Below are positions 1 through 11,400 of a stretch of DNA of 64,000 nucleotides, piece by piece; within the stretch, counting starts at the first letter, position 1, and the number at the start of each line of letters is the position of its first letter. The stretch covers positions 34,038,001 through 34,102,000 of the forward strand of contig OZ004607.1 of the NCBI GenBank assembly GCA_963924565.1, in the 5' to 3' direction. The stretch is from Ascidiella aspersa. Taxonomy: Eukaryota. Both the position numbers and the translations under genes were made by a program. Below the pieces are notes generated by a model that saw only the letters and a program-made list of their open reading frames with translations, did no database searches and had not been told where the DNA came from.

Positions 1-3000
1 CTTTCCTTCACAAGTTCCAAAACCAACACGGTAACCATCACCTTGACAAAAGCCTAAAAAAATTAAAAATAGTTTTATTTTGTATAAGTTAAACCTTATA
101 ACCAGGTTCAACTTAAAATACTTAACTAAAAAGAAAAATAGGAAACCAATCATAGTTCATTTTTTAACGCTATTTAAAATACCACTTGATTTTAAATTTT
201 AGGAAAGAATTGAACAATGCTTATTTTGAATAAGTGATTAGAAATGCTATTTTTTATTAAATATTTTTCAACATTCTATTTGTACTGGCAAAGCAAAGCA
301 GTTTTGACAAACCTGACAGGATAACATTGTCACCATCTTTAATGAACTTGCGAGTCTGGCCGTTTCCCAGATCAACAGTCTTTGTACCTTTCCAGCATAG
401 CTCAAGCATGCTGCCAAAACTGGTTGGATCCTAAAAAAATACAGTTTTAAACACTTTAAGAAGGTACAACTTTTCTGTTTGCAAAATAAAATGAAATTGT
501 TTTAAATTGAACTGTAAAGCCAAACTACAAATGAAATATAAAAATTTATTTGAGCAACCGCATATGCAATATGGTTTTGTTTGCATCAGTTATGTTTAGA
601 TGAGAACTTTAAAGTCTATTGAAAAAATTACTAAAATTAAACTTTATTCTCATTCAAACAACTTTTGCAATAATTTTTAACCAAAATGTAAAAACAAGAG
701 GTTATGGACTAACGATCTTTCAACCTTAAAAATTGGTTTAACCTCATAAAAAAATAACAATGGGTATCACAGCAGTCAATATAATCAAAACATACTTCTC
801 CACTGATGGTTCCAGAGGCGTACATGTCTCCAGTTTGTGAGTTGCAGCCGTTAACTGTGTGGTGGGCAAGTTGCTGCTTCATGGTCCAATACATGTACTG
901 TGGAGACATTTGCAAAATTGAAGAACAAACAAATCGTCAAAGTTGACATTTACTATACACACAAGGTTGGCCTTTCAAAAAAACTGTTCAGTCAGTGATG
1001 ATAAAATTTAGTGGCAAAAGGCAATATAATTTAAATTAGTTTATTTTTAGAAACCTTTACCTTAAAGTTTGATCTGGTGATGATACTTGGTTCTGCCATT
1101 TCTTCACCTAAAATTTTAAAAAATCATAAGAAATTATTTCAAAATTATTAAAAATGTCATTAAGTTTAAAATAGGTCCTTGACATTTTTTTATTAACACA
1201 TTTAAAGAACAGTTTCTTTTTTGTCATTAGTAGGTAAAAACAAACACTTTTATTTTCATGACTTACCTTGAATTGCAACTGAAAGCTTAATGTCAAAGGT
1301 GTAGGGATCACTGTGTTGCAGATAGGGCAAAATCTCGACATCTTTTTCCATATTTTGGACAGCAAACGGGGCCAAAGCCTCCATGGTGACAACCCAAGGC
1401 GATATTGAAGTGCCAAAGTTTTTGCCCAAGAAAGGGCCGAGGGGCACGTATTCCCATTTTTGAATGTCTCTAGCTGCATAGAAAATAAACAATCAATTAC
1501 CTAACAAGAGGGTTGCCAAAATTTACAGTTTTTGTGGTGTATTTTACATTTCACATCAAAACAAGCTTGAAAATCAAGATTTTCCAGAACAACTGTGTAG
1601 CCTATTACATCCTGTTTTTTCTTTGTGTAATAATTACTATAAAAGCTGTTTTAGTTTGTATACTCAAAAGCTTGTGACGTCATTAGGCTACTATGCAACT
1701 TGTCTGAGTTTAAATTTCAGTTAAAGTGTGATATTTAAAAAAATTGTGATATTTAAAAACATCTTTTTAATGATTGCACCTTTGTACTTGTAATTGTCAA
1801 CCCTGGTTGCTAAGTAACCCATTTGCAATGACTGTTAGACAACTGGTAAATATGCAAGTACACTGTAAATGTATGCCTTGCAATGATTTAAAGATAAAAA
1901 TTTTAGCCTGTTTAAAACTATTGTTTACTGTTTTTAGACAGCATTCTTTTAGTATGAATAGTAAGGCTCTAGCATTTTACCTGACCAATCATTGACAAGA
2001 ACCATTCCAAAGATATGCTCATGAGCTTTGTCGACAGTAATTTTTTCTCCTAGTTCATTTCCAACACCGACAAAGAAACCCTAAAAATATTAAAATTCTG
2101 TAGTTATTTGAGGCTAAAACAGCAAATATATGGCTGTTGTCTAAGGTGTTTTAAGGGAATGAAACAGTCCACAAAATTTGTCCAATGTTTTCTGAAATAG
2201 AGCCGTTGTTAAACACCAGGAAATTATAAACTAGTCTTTGTAAGCTGATAATTGAGAGCTCTTAATAATATGTAAAAGATTGGCATGCAGTCTTATGAAA
2301 AATGTGCAAAGACATTTTAAGGCTTTTTAAAGAAAATTTATAACCTTTCAAAGATGTAAAATTGGATTGTTATTTGGAAACAAAAACAGTATGAATGCCA
2401 TAGTTAACAAAATACAAAATAGTTAAAACTTGTTGTTCTCTTAACGCACTTTCTTAAAATAAATTCAAAGACTTGTAAAAATGAAAAAAAAAATCAATGC
2501 GCAAAATCAATTTAAAGTATTTTTCGTTTTAAAGATTCAAAACTTTGCGGCAACCTTGTCTTAGCGGTCACAACAGTCAAGGCTTTAAAAAATTATACTA
2601 ATTCAAGCTTTTTTAGGTGTTAATACCAAAAAATTAATAGTGCTTTATTTATTTCATTTACCATTTCCAATTCAAAGTCGAACAGCTTGCAAGGACCAAA
2701 CACAGGTGGTTGTTTATCGTCGGGACGTTGCTGGCCACATGGCCTTCTTATCGGAGTTCCAGATACAACAACTGAGGAAGCTCTGCCGTGATAACCGACC
2801 GGTATGTGTTTCCTTCATTAACAGATATTTTTTAATTTTTGGAAAATTTTTATTTTTACCAGTTGTTTTTGAACTTCTCTACCGGATAGACACCATAAGT
2901 TTCTTCTAAATTTAAGTAAAACCAAATAACCACGGTTGGCGATGATAGGCAAACACTTTAGCATTTTCATGTTGTCTCACTGATAAAAAAGCATACTACA

Positions 3001-4811
3001 ATATAAGTCTAAATGAGAAGTAACAAAATTATTTTTTTTGAGTGGCCTAGATAACTAGAGATCGACCGATATCCATTTTTTGGACTGATACAGATACCCG
3101 ATTTTTGTTTGTTGCATAAGAAAAATTATATCATATTTTTGTGACAAAATATCGGCAAAAGTTGCCGGCTAAGTTTGATAACCTTTGGTATAAATTGATA
3201 TCAGTAGTTTTACATTATATATAAACTAACTACTAGATACAACCGCTATTACAAAAATCAGTTTAAAAATAGTAAATTAAAGAAAAAAACTAATCAAAAT
3301 ACCAATTTGGCATCAGGGCATTGTCCTTTCCTCTAAACATGGTTCCAACATTGGTGGCGTGGTGGATGGATGAATAAAAGTCAGTGTAATCTCCGATTTT
3401 TACAGGAAGGTGCATAGTTGCGTCATGCTGATTGACAAAGGCCCTGCGTACAAACGTAAAATGCACTTTGTATGTAATTTTACATAGGATTGGGCAAAAT
3501 TTTAAAATCAAGATTCTTAATAACCTGATTTTATGAACAAATTTAATTGAAAACACTTTTACTCAGTAACTAACGTCCAAGTCAAGTTATTGTCCAAAAG
3601 ACTTTATTAATCAAATCAAGTATGCATGTTTACCGAAACAAATTAAGTAAAGTTTTAAAACAGTGACTAAAGTGCACTTTTAGCAGGTGACACTTTTTTT
3701 GGTTATTAAAATGAATTAGATATTACTAACTATATACATAATTATCTTTATATAATTAACAAATGAAATTTCTAATATATATAATTAACGAATGAAATAT
3801 CCAATAGGCAAAACATATACTTTTTTCTCAGTTGTTCATCTTGCAATTCAGTATTGGATTTACTCAAAATATTCTGCAAGGTTGCCCTTGCTTCTTTCCA
3901 TGCTTCAAAGCCAAGTGCCATAAATGCATTCAACGTTGACTGAAAAATAAAAATAATGTTACATTTCTCTGGGGATATGCACTAATCCATAAGTGGAAAC
4001 CTTTCAAGAAAAAAACTACAATAGAACCCAGTTTTTGTTTTATGGCACTGCAATTATGTTTTTGCACACCTTCCGTTGAAAAATCTACCACAATTTAGCT
4101 TTTTTTAAAATTTAACTGAACATAACTGCACTTTGGGGGTACACACAAATTTCTTTCGAAAAGGTGTCATGTGTTCACCTGCAACAGAATGCAACTAGAT
4201 TCGACCCAATCTACAAAAAAATTATCAGGATAGGTCCATGATACAAATGTGGGCAGCGCAAAAAATCCACCATTTACTAATATCAGGACAAGTTTGACAA
4301 AATTTCGTTTAAAAGAGTGTTAAAGGAAACTTTTGTCCGTAAAGATGCACAAAAACATGTGGAACTTAGAAAAAGACAAAATAAATTTACTGCGAAACGC
4401 GAAAACAATTTTTATTCTATATGTTACAACCAAACATGTAAAAAGTCGCCCTGGTTTGTAAAACTCACACTTTCAAAGACATGATGTTGCTTGCATAGGA
4501 TAGGTCCACGAAACAAATGTGAAACTGCTTTAAGTGCTAGAATCTGGTCTCCAATTGCAACACCAATTTGTGGGTTGGCCTGCAAAATAAGAATGAAAAA
4601 AAATGTAATCGTGCAGTAATCTTAATAACATAGCTCAAAAAAAACATTATAATTTCAAAATTTAAAAAATGTAACACCAGTATTTCCAACAACAAACACA
4701 TTATGGATAGCATTTAACACAAAGACTCACATTTTCTTTGGTTGAAAATACTCCATAAGGCAGGTTTTCAATTGGAAAGTGACTTTCCGGTGCTACTGTA
4801 ATGAAGGACAT
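1..4811 (-). CDS. FAH: Fumarylacetoacetase (fumarylacetoacetate hydrolase), spliced, 3' end beyond window start
   Basis: Manually spliced with GT-AG introns and consistent phases. Exons: 4811-4731, 4579-4469, 3939-3821, 3443-3303, 2812-2662, 2080-1981, 1473-1267, 1107-1061, 897-796, 430-313, 53-1 (410 codons in window). Motifs: [100 protein letters not shown]. Confidence 0.97.
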
Positions 4812-6109
4812 TGCTACTTTGCAAAAAATGGTTCCCACCAACTCTATAAATACTGCAATCAACTGATAACGAAGCAAGGTTGTGGTTACTTTCCTAGGTC
4901 AAACGTGTTGGGTGTTTTCCGTTAGGTGGCGCAAAAGAGCAGGGGGCGTGTCTGTGACGTTCTTACAGTTGATTGTTCTTCAAGCACAAGATTACTGTAA
5001 GACTGTTTGAACTTATCTATGTAAAACTCTACTTTTGTATCAGGGAAAAGCCCTTAAGTTTAGATCAACGTCATTAAAGCCGGCGTTTTTTCAGGATTTT
5101 TGAATGTTTTTAGCTTTTGTATGGATTAACCTGTGTTTGAAAAGCGCTATTTATATATAATGGCAAAAAAGTCACACAATAAATGATGATATTGCGCTTA
5201 TCAACATTTGAAAATAACTGCAATAGGCTAAAATTTGCCATGTTTAATATCTGTTACAAATGAGGTTTCGTAAGAGTGTATAGGCTATAAGTTAAACCAT
5301 ATAGCCTTAAAGACGATTGCGCTTTGCGTGGACCGAAAACATCAAAAAAGGTAGTTTTGTGTTGAAATAAGCATCTCTCCTAAGTAAAAACTTTAATAAA
5401 ATTAAAGAACTGTATGCCGTATTAAGGTTACTTCTTTCGGGTTTCGCGCCTTTCCGCGATATTTTACAGGCTTACCACTGGCAAAAGCCGGGCCCAGTCT
5501 GTTTTTTAAGACCTATATTAATTAAATTTATTGTGTTAAAATTACATTTTTTAAATGAAATCTATAGGTATTACCGTGGTGTCATATTTTTATATTGAGG
5601 GTTTGGTTGCAACAAAAAAAAATATAAGCTTACAACAAGTAAATAATATGAAACACAATGTATTAGTATATTTTTCCTATATGTTCATTATTAATCGGGG
5701 CATATGTGACTCCCATATAAAGTTATTATACAATAGTTTTTTTTACCTTGATATTTCTATCTCTACGTTTTCAAACATTATATTTTACATTTGCAGCCCT
5801 ACAACATTTGAAACAAATATATCGCATTATTTACTTGGGGAAATCCCCGTAATTCACATGCGCTGTGATTTTCAACGTAATATTTACGTAAATTTGATTA
5901 AAAGTAATTAAACTTGGCAGGGCTTCCAGACATTTTTGAGTTTGCCCCGTTTGTTAAAAACTTATTTTGAGTTTATTAGTCCGGTAGTTTGCATGTTTTT
6001 GTAATTGAAGGTAAATCACACGCTCTATAGGAATCGAAAAAGAATAACCAGTTAAATGTCGATAAATTGAAACATCTGTTATTCGCGTGTTGCTTTGAAA
6101 CGTTGAACC

Positions 6110-6727
6110 ATGGTTTACATTTCACTGGCGCATTTGGTTCGATCGGCAGGCGCCCGTTTCCGAAATACCGCCATTGAACTTCCGAGAAAAGGAATGATGA
6201 AAGGTCGATATCCCGTTACGAAGACTCAGGCTTACCTTGACGAAGGAATTGTGTTAAGAGACTGCGTTAAAATCATTACGATGCACTACAACAGGAAAGC
6301 AGAGCCGCCTCACACCGGCATGCAACAGCTGCTTGACCAAAACTTCAGTCAACTTCAGTTCAAGAACCCGGACGTACAAATTGTCTGCATTAAAGACCTA
6401 ACGCCATCGCCGTTTCTTACCTTTTACCTTGAAAATGAGGAAAAGGTATTGGTGAATGTTGAGGGAAAATCGCAGCTTGAAATCCTAGAACACATCCAGC
6501 TGGTGTTTGGAAAACCGATTGAACTCGTAAAAAAGACGCTCGAAGCCAATCCGGCGAACTTCGGAAAGCATTTTAAGAGGAAGTGCATTTGTGAAGCTGA
6601 AGGACAGTTGCCGTGCATGGCTTCTGATGAAGTCTTGCCATTTGATAAGCGTCGCTATATCAGTGGAAAGCAAAATTGGAACATAAACCCAAAGAAATAC
6701 CTGCATGGTATTGAGGAAATGGACTAA
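6110..6727 (+). CDS. MRPS25: Mitochondrial 28S ribosomal protein S25 (mS25), intronless
   Basis: 205-aa ORF. MKGRYPV..TQAYL, QLQFKNPDVQIV..KDLTPSPFLTFYL, PANFG and CICEAEGQLPC match mS25. About 28 extra N-terminal Arg-rich residues precede the conserved MKGR start, so the true start could be 6194 or 6197. Confidence 0.93.
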   Translation: MVYISLAHLVRSAGARFRNTAIELPRKGMMKGRYPVTKTQAYLDEGIVLRDCVKIITMHYNRKAEPPHTGMQQLLDQNFSQLQFKNPDVQIVCIKDLTPSPFLTFYLENEEKVLVNVEGKSQLEILEHIQLVFGKPIELVKKTLEANPANFGKHFKRKCICEAEGQLPCMASDEVLPFDKRRYISGKQNWNINPKKYLHGIEEMD

Positions 6728-6756
6728 GTTTAATATTTAGCGACAATTTTGCGAAA

Positions 6757-6762
6757 AATAAA
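6757..6762 (+). terminator. Poly(A) signal of MRPS25
   Basis: AATAAA 30 nt after the stop codon. Confidence 0.5.
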
Positions 6763-7070
6763 TGCAATTTGAATATAAAGCTATGTGTTTAGTTTGGCAT
6801 GCTTTGAAAAATATTAATACCATAGTTTTACAAATCCTAAATTTGTGCAACTTTTTTTATGTTAAAAAATTGTCTAAACCTTTAAATTCCCATGTCGTGT
6901 CCTCCATTACATTATTGGCATGTTCACAATTTAGAGTTAGTTTAACGACATGTAAGACTTGTTAACTTAAATTGTTTTTTGCTAAAGCGATGTGGTATTA
7001 CAATACTAATGACAAATTTATACTTTGTTGTCTTTGTTAGGCTTTTCAAATTCATTGTAGGCCAGTTAGA

Positions 7071-8258
7071 ATGGAAGGCAAGTTGTGTAAACTTTGCCGG
7101 GTGAAAGAAGCCCGATACACCTGCCCACGTTGCAACATTGCTTATTGCTGTCTCGACTGTTACAAATGCGAAGAGCACCTGTCATGCTCCGAGTTGTTCT
7201 ATCGTGACAGCCTAGTTGCCGAGATGAAAGAAAGAAAAATCTCACCAGAGGAACAAATGAGCGTCATGGAAATGCTGGAAAGAGTTGAAGAGGAAAATCC
7301 AGTGGACAACTTTCTTGAAGAAGAAGCGGCTCCACCAATTGAAGATAGACTCGAGGGCTTAAACATAAGTGATATGAAGGAAAAAGACATTGATGGACTT
7401 TGGGAGGTCTTAACTGAAAGTGAGCAGAAAGCCTTTAAAGAGGCGTTGGACTCTGGCAAGATTTACAACGAACAAGGTGAAACAGTGGCGCAACCGTGGA
7501 TCCCTTGGTGGTGTGAACATAAACAGATTTTGCTTGAGGAAATTGATCCAAGCAAAGAAGTTGTAACACAAAATCGCCCCCCAATAGTAGATGTCCCTAC
7601 CTTGGAAATAATGCTTCCGAAAGGAAAATCTCCGTCGCCATATTTGTGTTTTAACCTTGTCAATGTATTGTATCCTTACGTGCTGTTTCAGCGCCTGTTT
7701 AACGGCTGCGGCGCTACAGATTTTTATCAGGACTTTTGTGACTGCTGCGTCACCTCATCTGATTACCTTGCAAGCAACAAAACATTTACAAATTGCAGCG
7801 AGTCTATTTCAAGTGCTGTGACACTGTCAACAGAAAGCTGTCACAAAAACGAAATTGTAGTACAAGATCTCGCTTTAATTGAAGCCGTCCATGATTGTGC
7901 TCATATTGTGATGGGTCCAAATAAAGAATCTACGCATGAATATGCATGCAGCACCCTGTCAGACCTTCACCGCGCCACTAAACAAGTTCGCTCTTCACTC
8001 AAACTTTGCAAAACTGATGAGACTGCTAAAATAAAGCGAAAAAAACTTTTTGCCATTTTAAAAAAGCTAGAATTTCTTCTGGCCTGGTGTAAAGATGCAA
8101 AATTAACTTTTCCAATTTTGGCGATTGAGCTTACTGAGGTGTATAAATCAAAACTTTCAGAATTAAATGCGCAGAATGATTTGAAAGATAAGATCAAAGC
8201 CTCTAAAAAGAATGACAATTCAAGTAAAAAGCTGTTAATTGTGGAATTAGACACTTAA
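7071..8258 (+). CDS. ZNHIT2: Zinc finger HIT domain-containing protein 2, intronless
   Basis: 395-aa ORF. N-terminal zf-HIT (CKLC..ARYTCPRCNIAYCCLDCYKCEEHLSCSELFYRD), then LWEVLTESEQKAF, PWIPWW, SPYLCFNLVNVLYPY..FNG and KKLEFLLAW, typical of ZNHIT2. Confidence 0.9.
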   Translation: MEGKLCKLCRVKEARYTCPRCNIAYCCLDCYKCEEHLSCSELFYRDSLVAEMKERKISPEEQMSVMEMLERVEEENPVDNFLEEEAAPPIEDRLEGLNISDMKEKDIDGLWEVLTESEQKAFKEALDSGKIYNEQGETVAQPWIPWWCEHKQILLEEIDPSKEVVTQNRPPIVDVPTLEIMLPKGKSPSPYLCFNLVNVLYPYVLFQRLFNGCGATDFYQDFCDCCVTSSDYLASNKTFTNCSESISSAVTLSTESCHKNEIVVQDLALIEAVHDCAHIVMGPNKESTHEYACSTLSDLHRATKQVRSSLKLCKTDETAKIKRKKLFAILKKLEFLLAWCKDAKLTFPILAIELTEVYKSKLSELNAQNDLKDKIKASKKNDNSSKKLLIVELDT

Positions 8259-8381
8259 CTACTTTTTGCTTTTAAAATTCAAATGTTATTTTCTGTCAAT
8301 ATACTTTAGGTTGCAATTTTTATCTACATTAACTTGTGATTATTACTCTTTTCTGCAGTATTATATTAACATTAACATTTT

Positions 8382-8387
8382 AATAAA
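8382..8387 (+). terminator. Poly(A) signal of ZNHIT2
   Basis: AATAAA 124 nt after the stop and only 50 nt before the DDX24 ATG. Confidence 0.5.
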
Positions 8388-8437
8388 CATGTGTTGTCTG
8401 TAAGTTCTTGCTAAAGCTGCAGAGAAAAATTACTGAA

Positions 8438-11400
8438 ATGTCCGACAACGGACAAATCAAAACTATCCTTGCTCAACAAAGTTGGAAGAATGTCCCTCTG
8501 GTGGTGGGAGGAAAGGATCTTCCGAATGCAATGTTTAAGGATCTTGTTCAGTTTGAGGAGCTGAGTGACTACTCACTGGTAACAATTGTGATATAATGCT
8601 ATTTTAGGCAAATATTCCTCTTTAGCAGAGGTACATTGTGATGCGTCTTTCTCATACTCTAATTTTTCCCACACAAATAGTTTTGTGTATAACAGTAAGT
8701 TTGATAATGAAATGCTTGGTTTGTATTCCTTTACACGTTTCTTCAAAATCATTCTATAAAATAAACTACAGAAATTCATTGTAATCTTGGATATAAACAG
8801 ATGAATCAATCAATTGAACCATTTAATTAAAATAAGGTGGATAACATTAACCATTCATAGCGGTGTAATATAATTCATCCACCCACAATAAGTGGTTGAT
8901 AAATATGCCACAATATCCTATTCCCGGTTTGCCTTGTCAGTTTCAAAATTAAGTACTGCGAATGCACCTCCTGGACTCTAGCCTTACATAATGTTAGTCG
9001 AGTCCCGAGTATGACTCCGACTCCACAGCCATGATCTAAACGCTCTACTGTTGTGTTGTTTATTCAAAATGAGACCACTAAGTAGAAAAATCCTTTTTAA
9101 TCGGAGTGAATACTCATGTAACATGATTCTATTTTTTGCAGGTCAATGATGGTGCAGATTTAACTTCTGACCTAAAATCACCGACAAAACCACTTAAAAA
9201 TTCTGTCAAACATAAAAAGAAGAGTCGCCTTGAAAAGCAAAGAGCTTTAAAGCGAAAACTTCTTGAGTCTGAACCCTCTGAAACAAACTTCAAGGTTGCT
9301 AAAAAGTTAAAAAAATCACATGACACCGTTTCCAAGTCAAAAGGAAAAAATAAAAACAAGAGTAACAAACAAAGTGAAAACATTTCTGACGAAACTCCAG
9401 TAGTCTTGGCAGATGTGTCAGCCTGGCAAAACCTATTTGTTCCTGACTGCGTTCTAAAAGCATTGGCTGAAATGGGATTTTCAAAGCCCATGCCTATCCA
9501 AGAACAGGTTTGTTTATACTAAGATTTAATTAATTTTGTAACTAAAGTGATTACATTTTTAAAACGCGGACCCCAAAATTTTTTTTTGGTCTGCATGGAT
9601 CGAGGTCAGCATTAAATTTTACTGACATTAAGTAACATCATAACATAAAAATACTTCGTTTCATCATTTAACTTTAAATTATGATTTTATTAGGTCCTAT
9701 ATAGACCCTGGGTGCCTCTAATATAATAATAGTAAATATGGGTAGCTTTAATATAGATTTTAAGATTTACCAGGAAGGCTCGAATTGCTACGATCATTTG
9801 CAAGGATTACTAGGATCAATTCCCAGACCTGTATATATGTTAATAGCAGATATACAGGTTTTACACCATTCTAAGTCATTGATTTGTCACAGAGTATTAA
9901 ATTCAATGGTATTATATTTAGAGAATTAAAATTGGTTATTGTTCAATATTCAGATATTCCCAGCAGCAATTCGCGACAAACGTGATCTTCTTGGTGCAGC
10001 TGAAACCGGCAGCGGAAAAACTTTGGCATTTGGGATCCCTCTCATTCACCATTTGCTTGAAGACAAGGAACGCAATTTAACTGCAACAACTCACACAGAT
10101 TCTGAAAGTCAAACAGTATGCATCCTATCCTGAATTATGTTACTTTTATTTAACATTTCAGTAACTGGCACATTTATAAGTTTATCAGCTATCCAATATA
10201 ACAGTATGTTGTCCATTTTGAATACTGCATAATGACATGGTGCCCCCTAAAAAGTATTTTAGCCAATACCAGATTTTCGTAATGATTTGTTAACATGTAA
10301 TAGTAAAAATTAGAGATCGACTGATATCACTTTTTTGGACCGATACCCGATTTTTCACAATTTTGTCAACCGATACCCGATACCGATTTTTTTATATACC
10401 TGGGAAATGTTGAAAACTCGATTTAATTAAAAATAAAATCCAAATAACGTTTTAGTTTATATACCTTTATTAATGATTAAACAATTATTTTGCATTTTAA
10501 TTTGGCGTGTCGCTAAAACTCAAAATTTGTCGATCAAAAAGTGGGTAAATTGCTTGTTATACAGGAAAATTATATCATATTTTTATACTAAAATATCGGT
10601 CAAAGTATCGGCCTACATTTACCGATACCGATATATCGGTAGAAGCCAAATATCGGCCGATATTATCAGTAATTGTGTAGCATTTCCTATAATCCCCTAA
10701 CAATTCTTATTTAAGTGAATTTCAAATATAAATTATAATTACTGAACTATAATAATGAGTTCATCTTTAGTTATGTATATATATATAGCTATTAACATGA
10801 ATGTAATGTTGCTGTCAGGCATTTTATCAATTATATATAAAGTTGTAATTCCAGCGAATAAAAGACATTGGCGGAAGAATAATTTTACAGCTATTAACCT
10901 GTTTATTTTAGCCTGTTGAAGAAGAAGAAAACCTGTCCAGCGATGTTGAGGAAGACATACCAGAAGTGCTAAATAAAAGCAATAAAACCACATCAAAGTC
11001 ACCTGGGGAAAAGATTTTACCAGCGCTGATTCTCACGCCAACCAGAGAACTCGCAATTCAAGTAAAACATTTCTTTGCTTTGTAGCAGCACGTTGATATG
11101 TTGCATTATAATAAATTTGACTTAAATTTTTGACTAATGGTTTCTATTCTTAGAATGTGTTACAATGATAAATTAGGGTTATATATTATATAACCTTGAT
11201 CTGTTTATTGGAACTCGGGATAATTTTTATTGCGATGTGTTTTATAATGCTAAGGCAAGAATTAGGCATGTTGCATAATATCGTATCGTAGCCGATACCT
11301 GATGCGAAGCGACGGTATCAATACTCATCCAATTATACTATGGCGGTATTGGTGCCAGTCTTATATCAAGTTAATATGGGAATGAAGCCATCATGTGAAT

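Noticed and set aside
5555-5911. 118-aa plus-strand ORF upstream of MRPS25
   Set aside because: Very AT-rich I/F/Y/N-biased translation typical of non-coding DNA.
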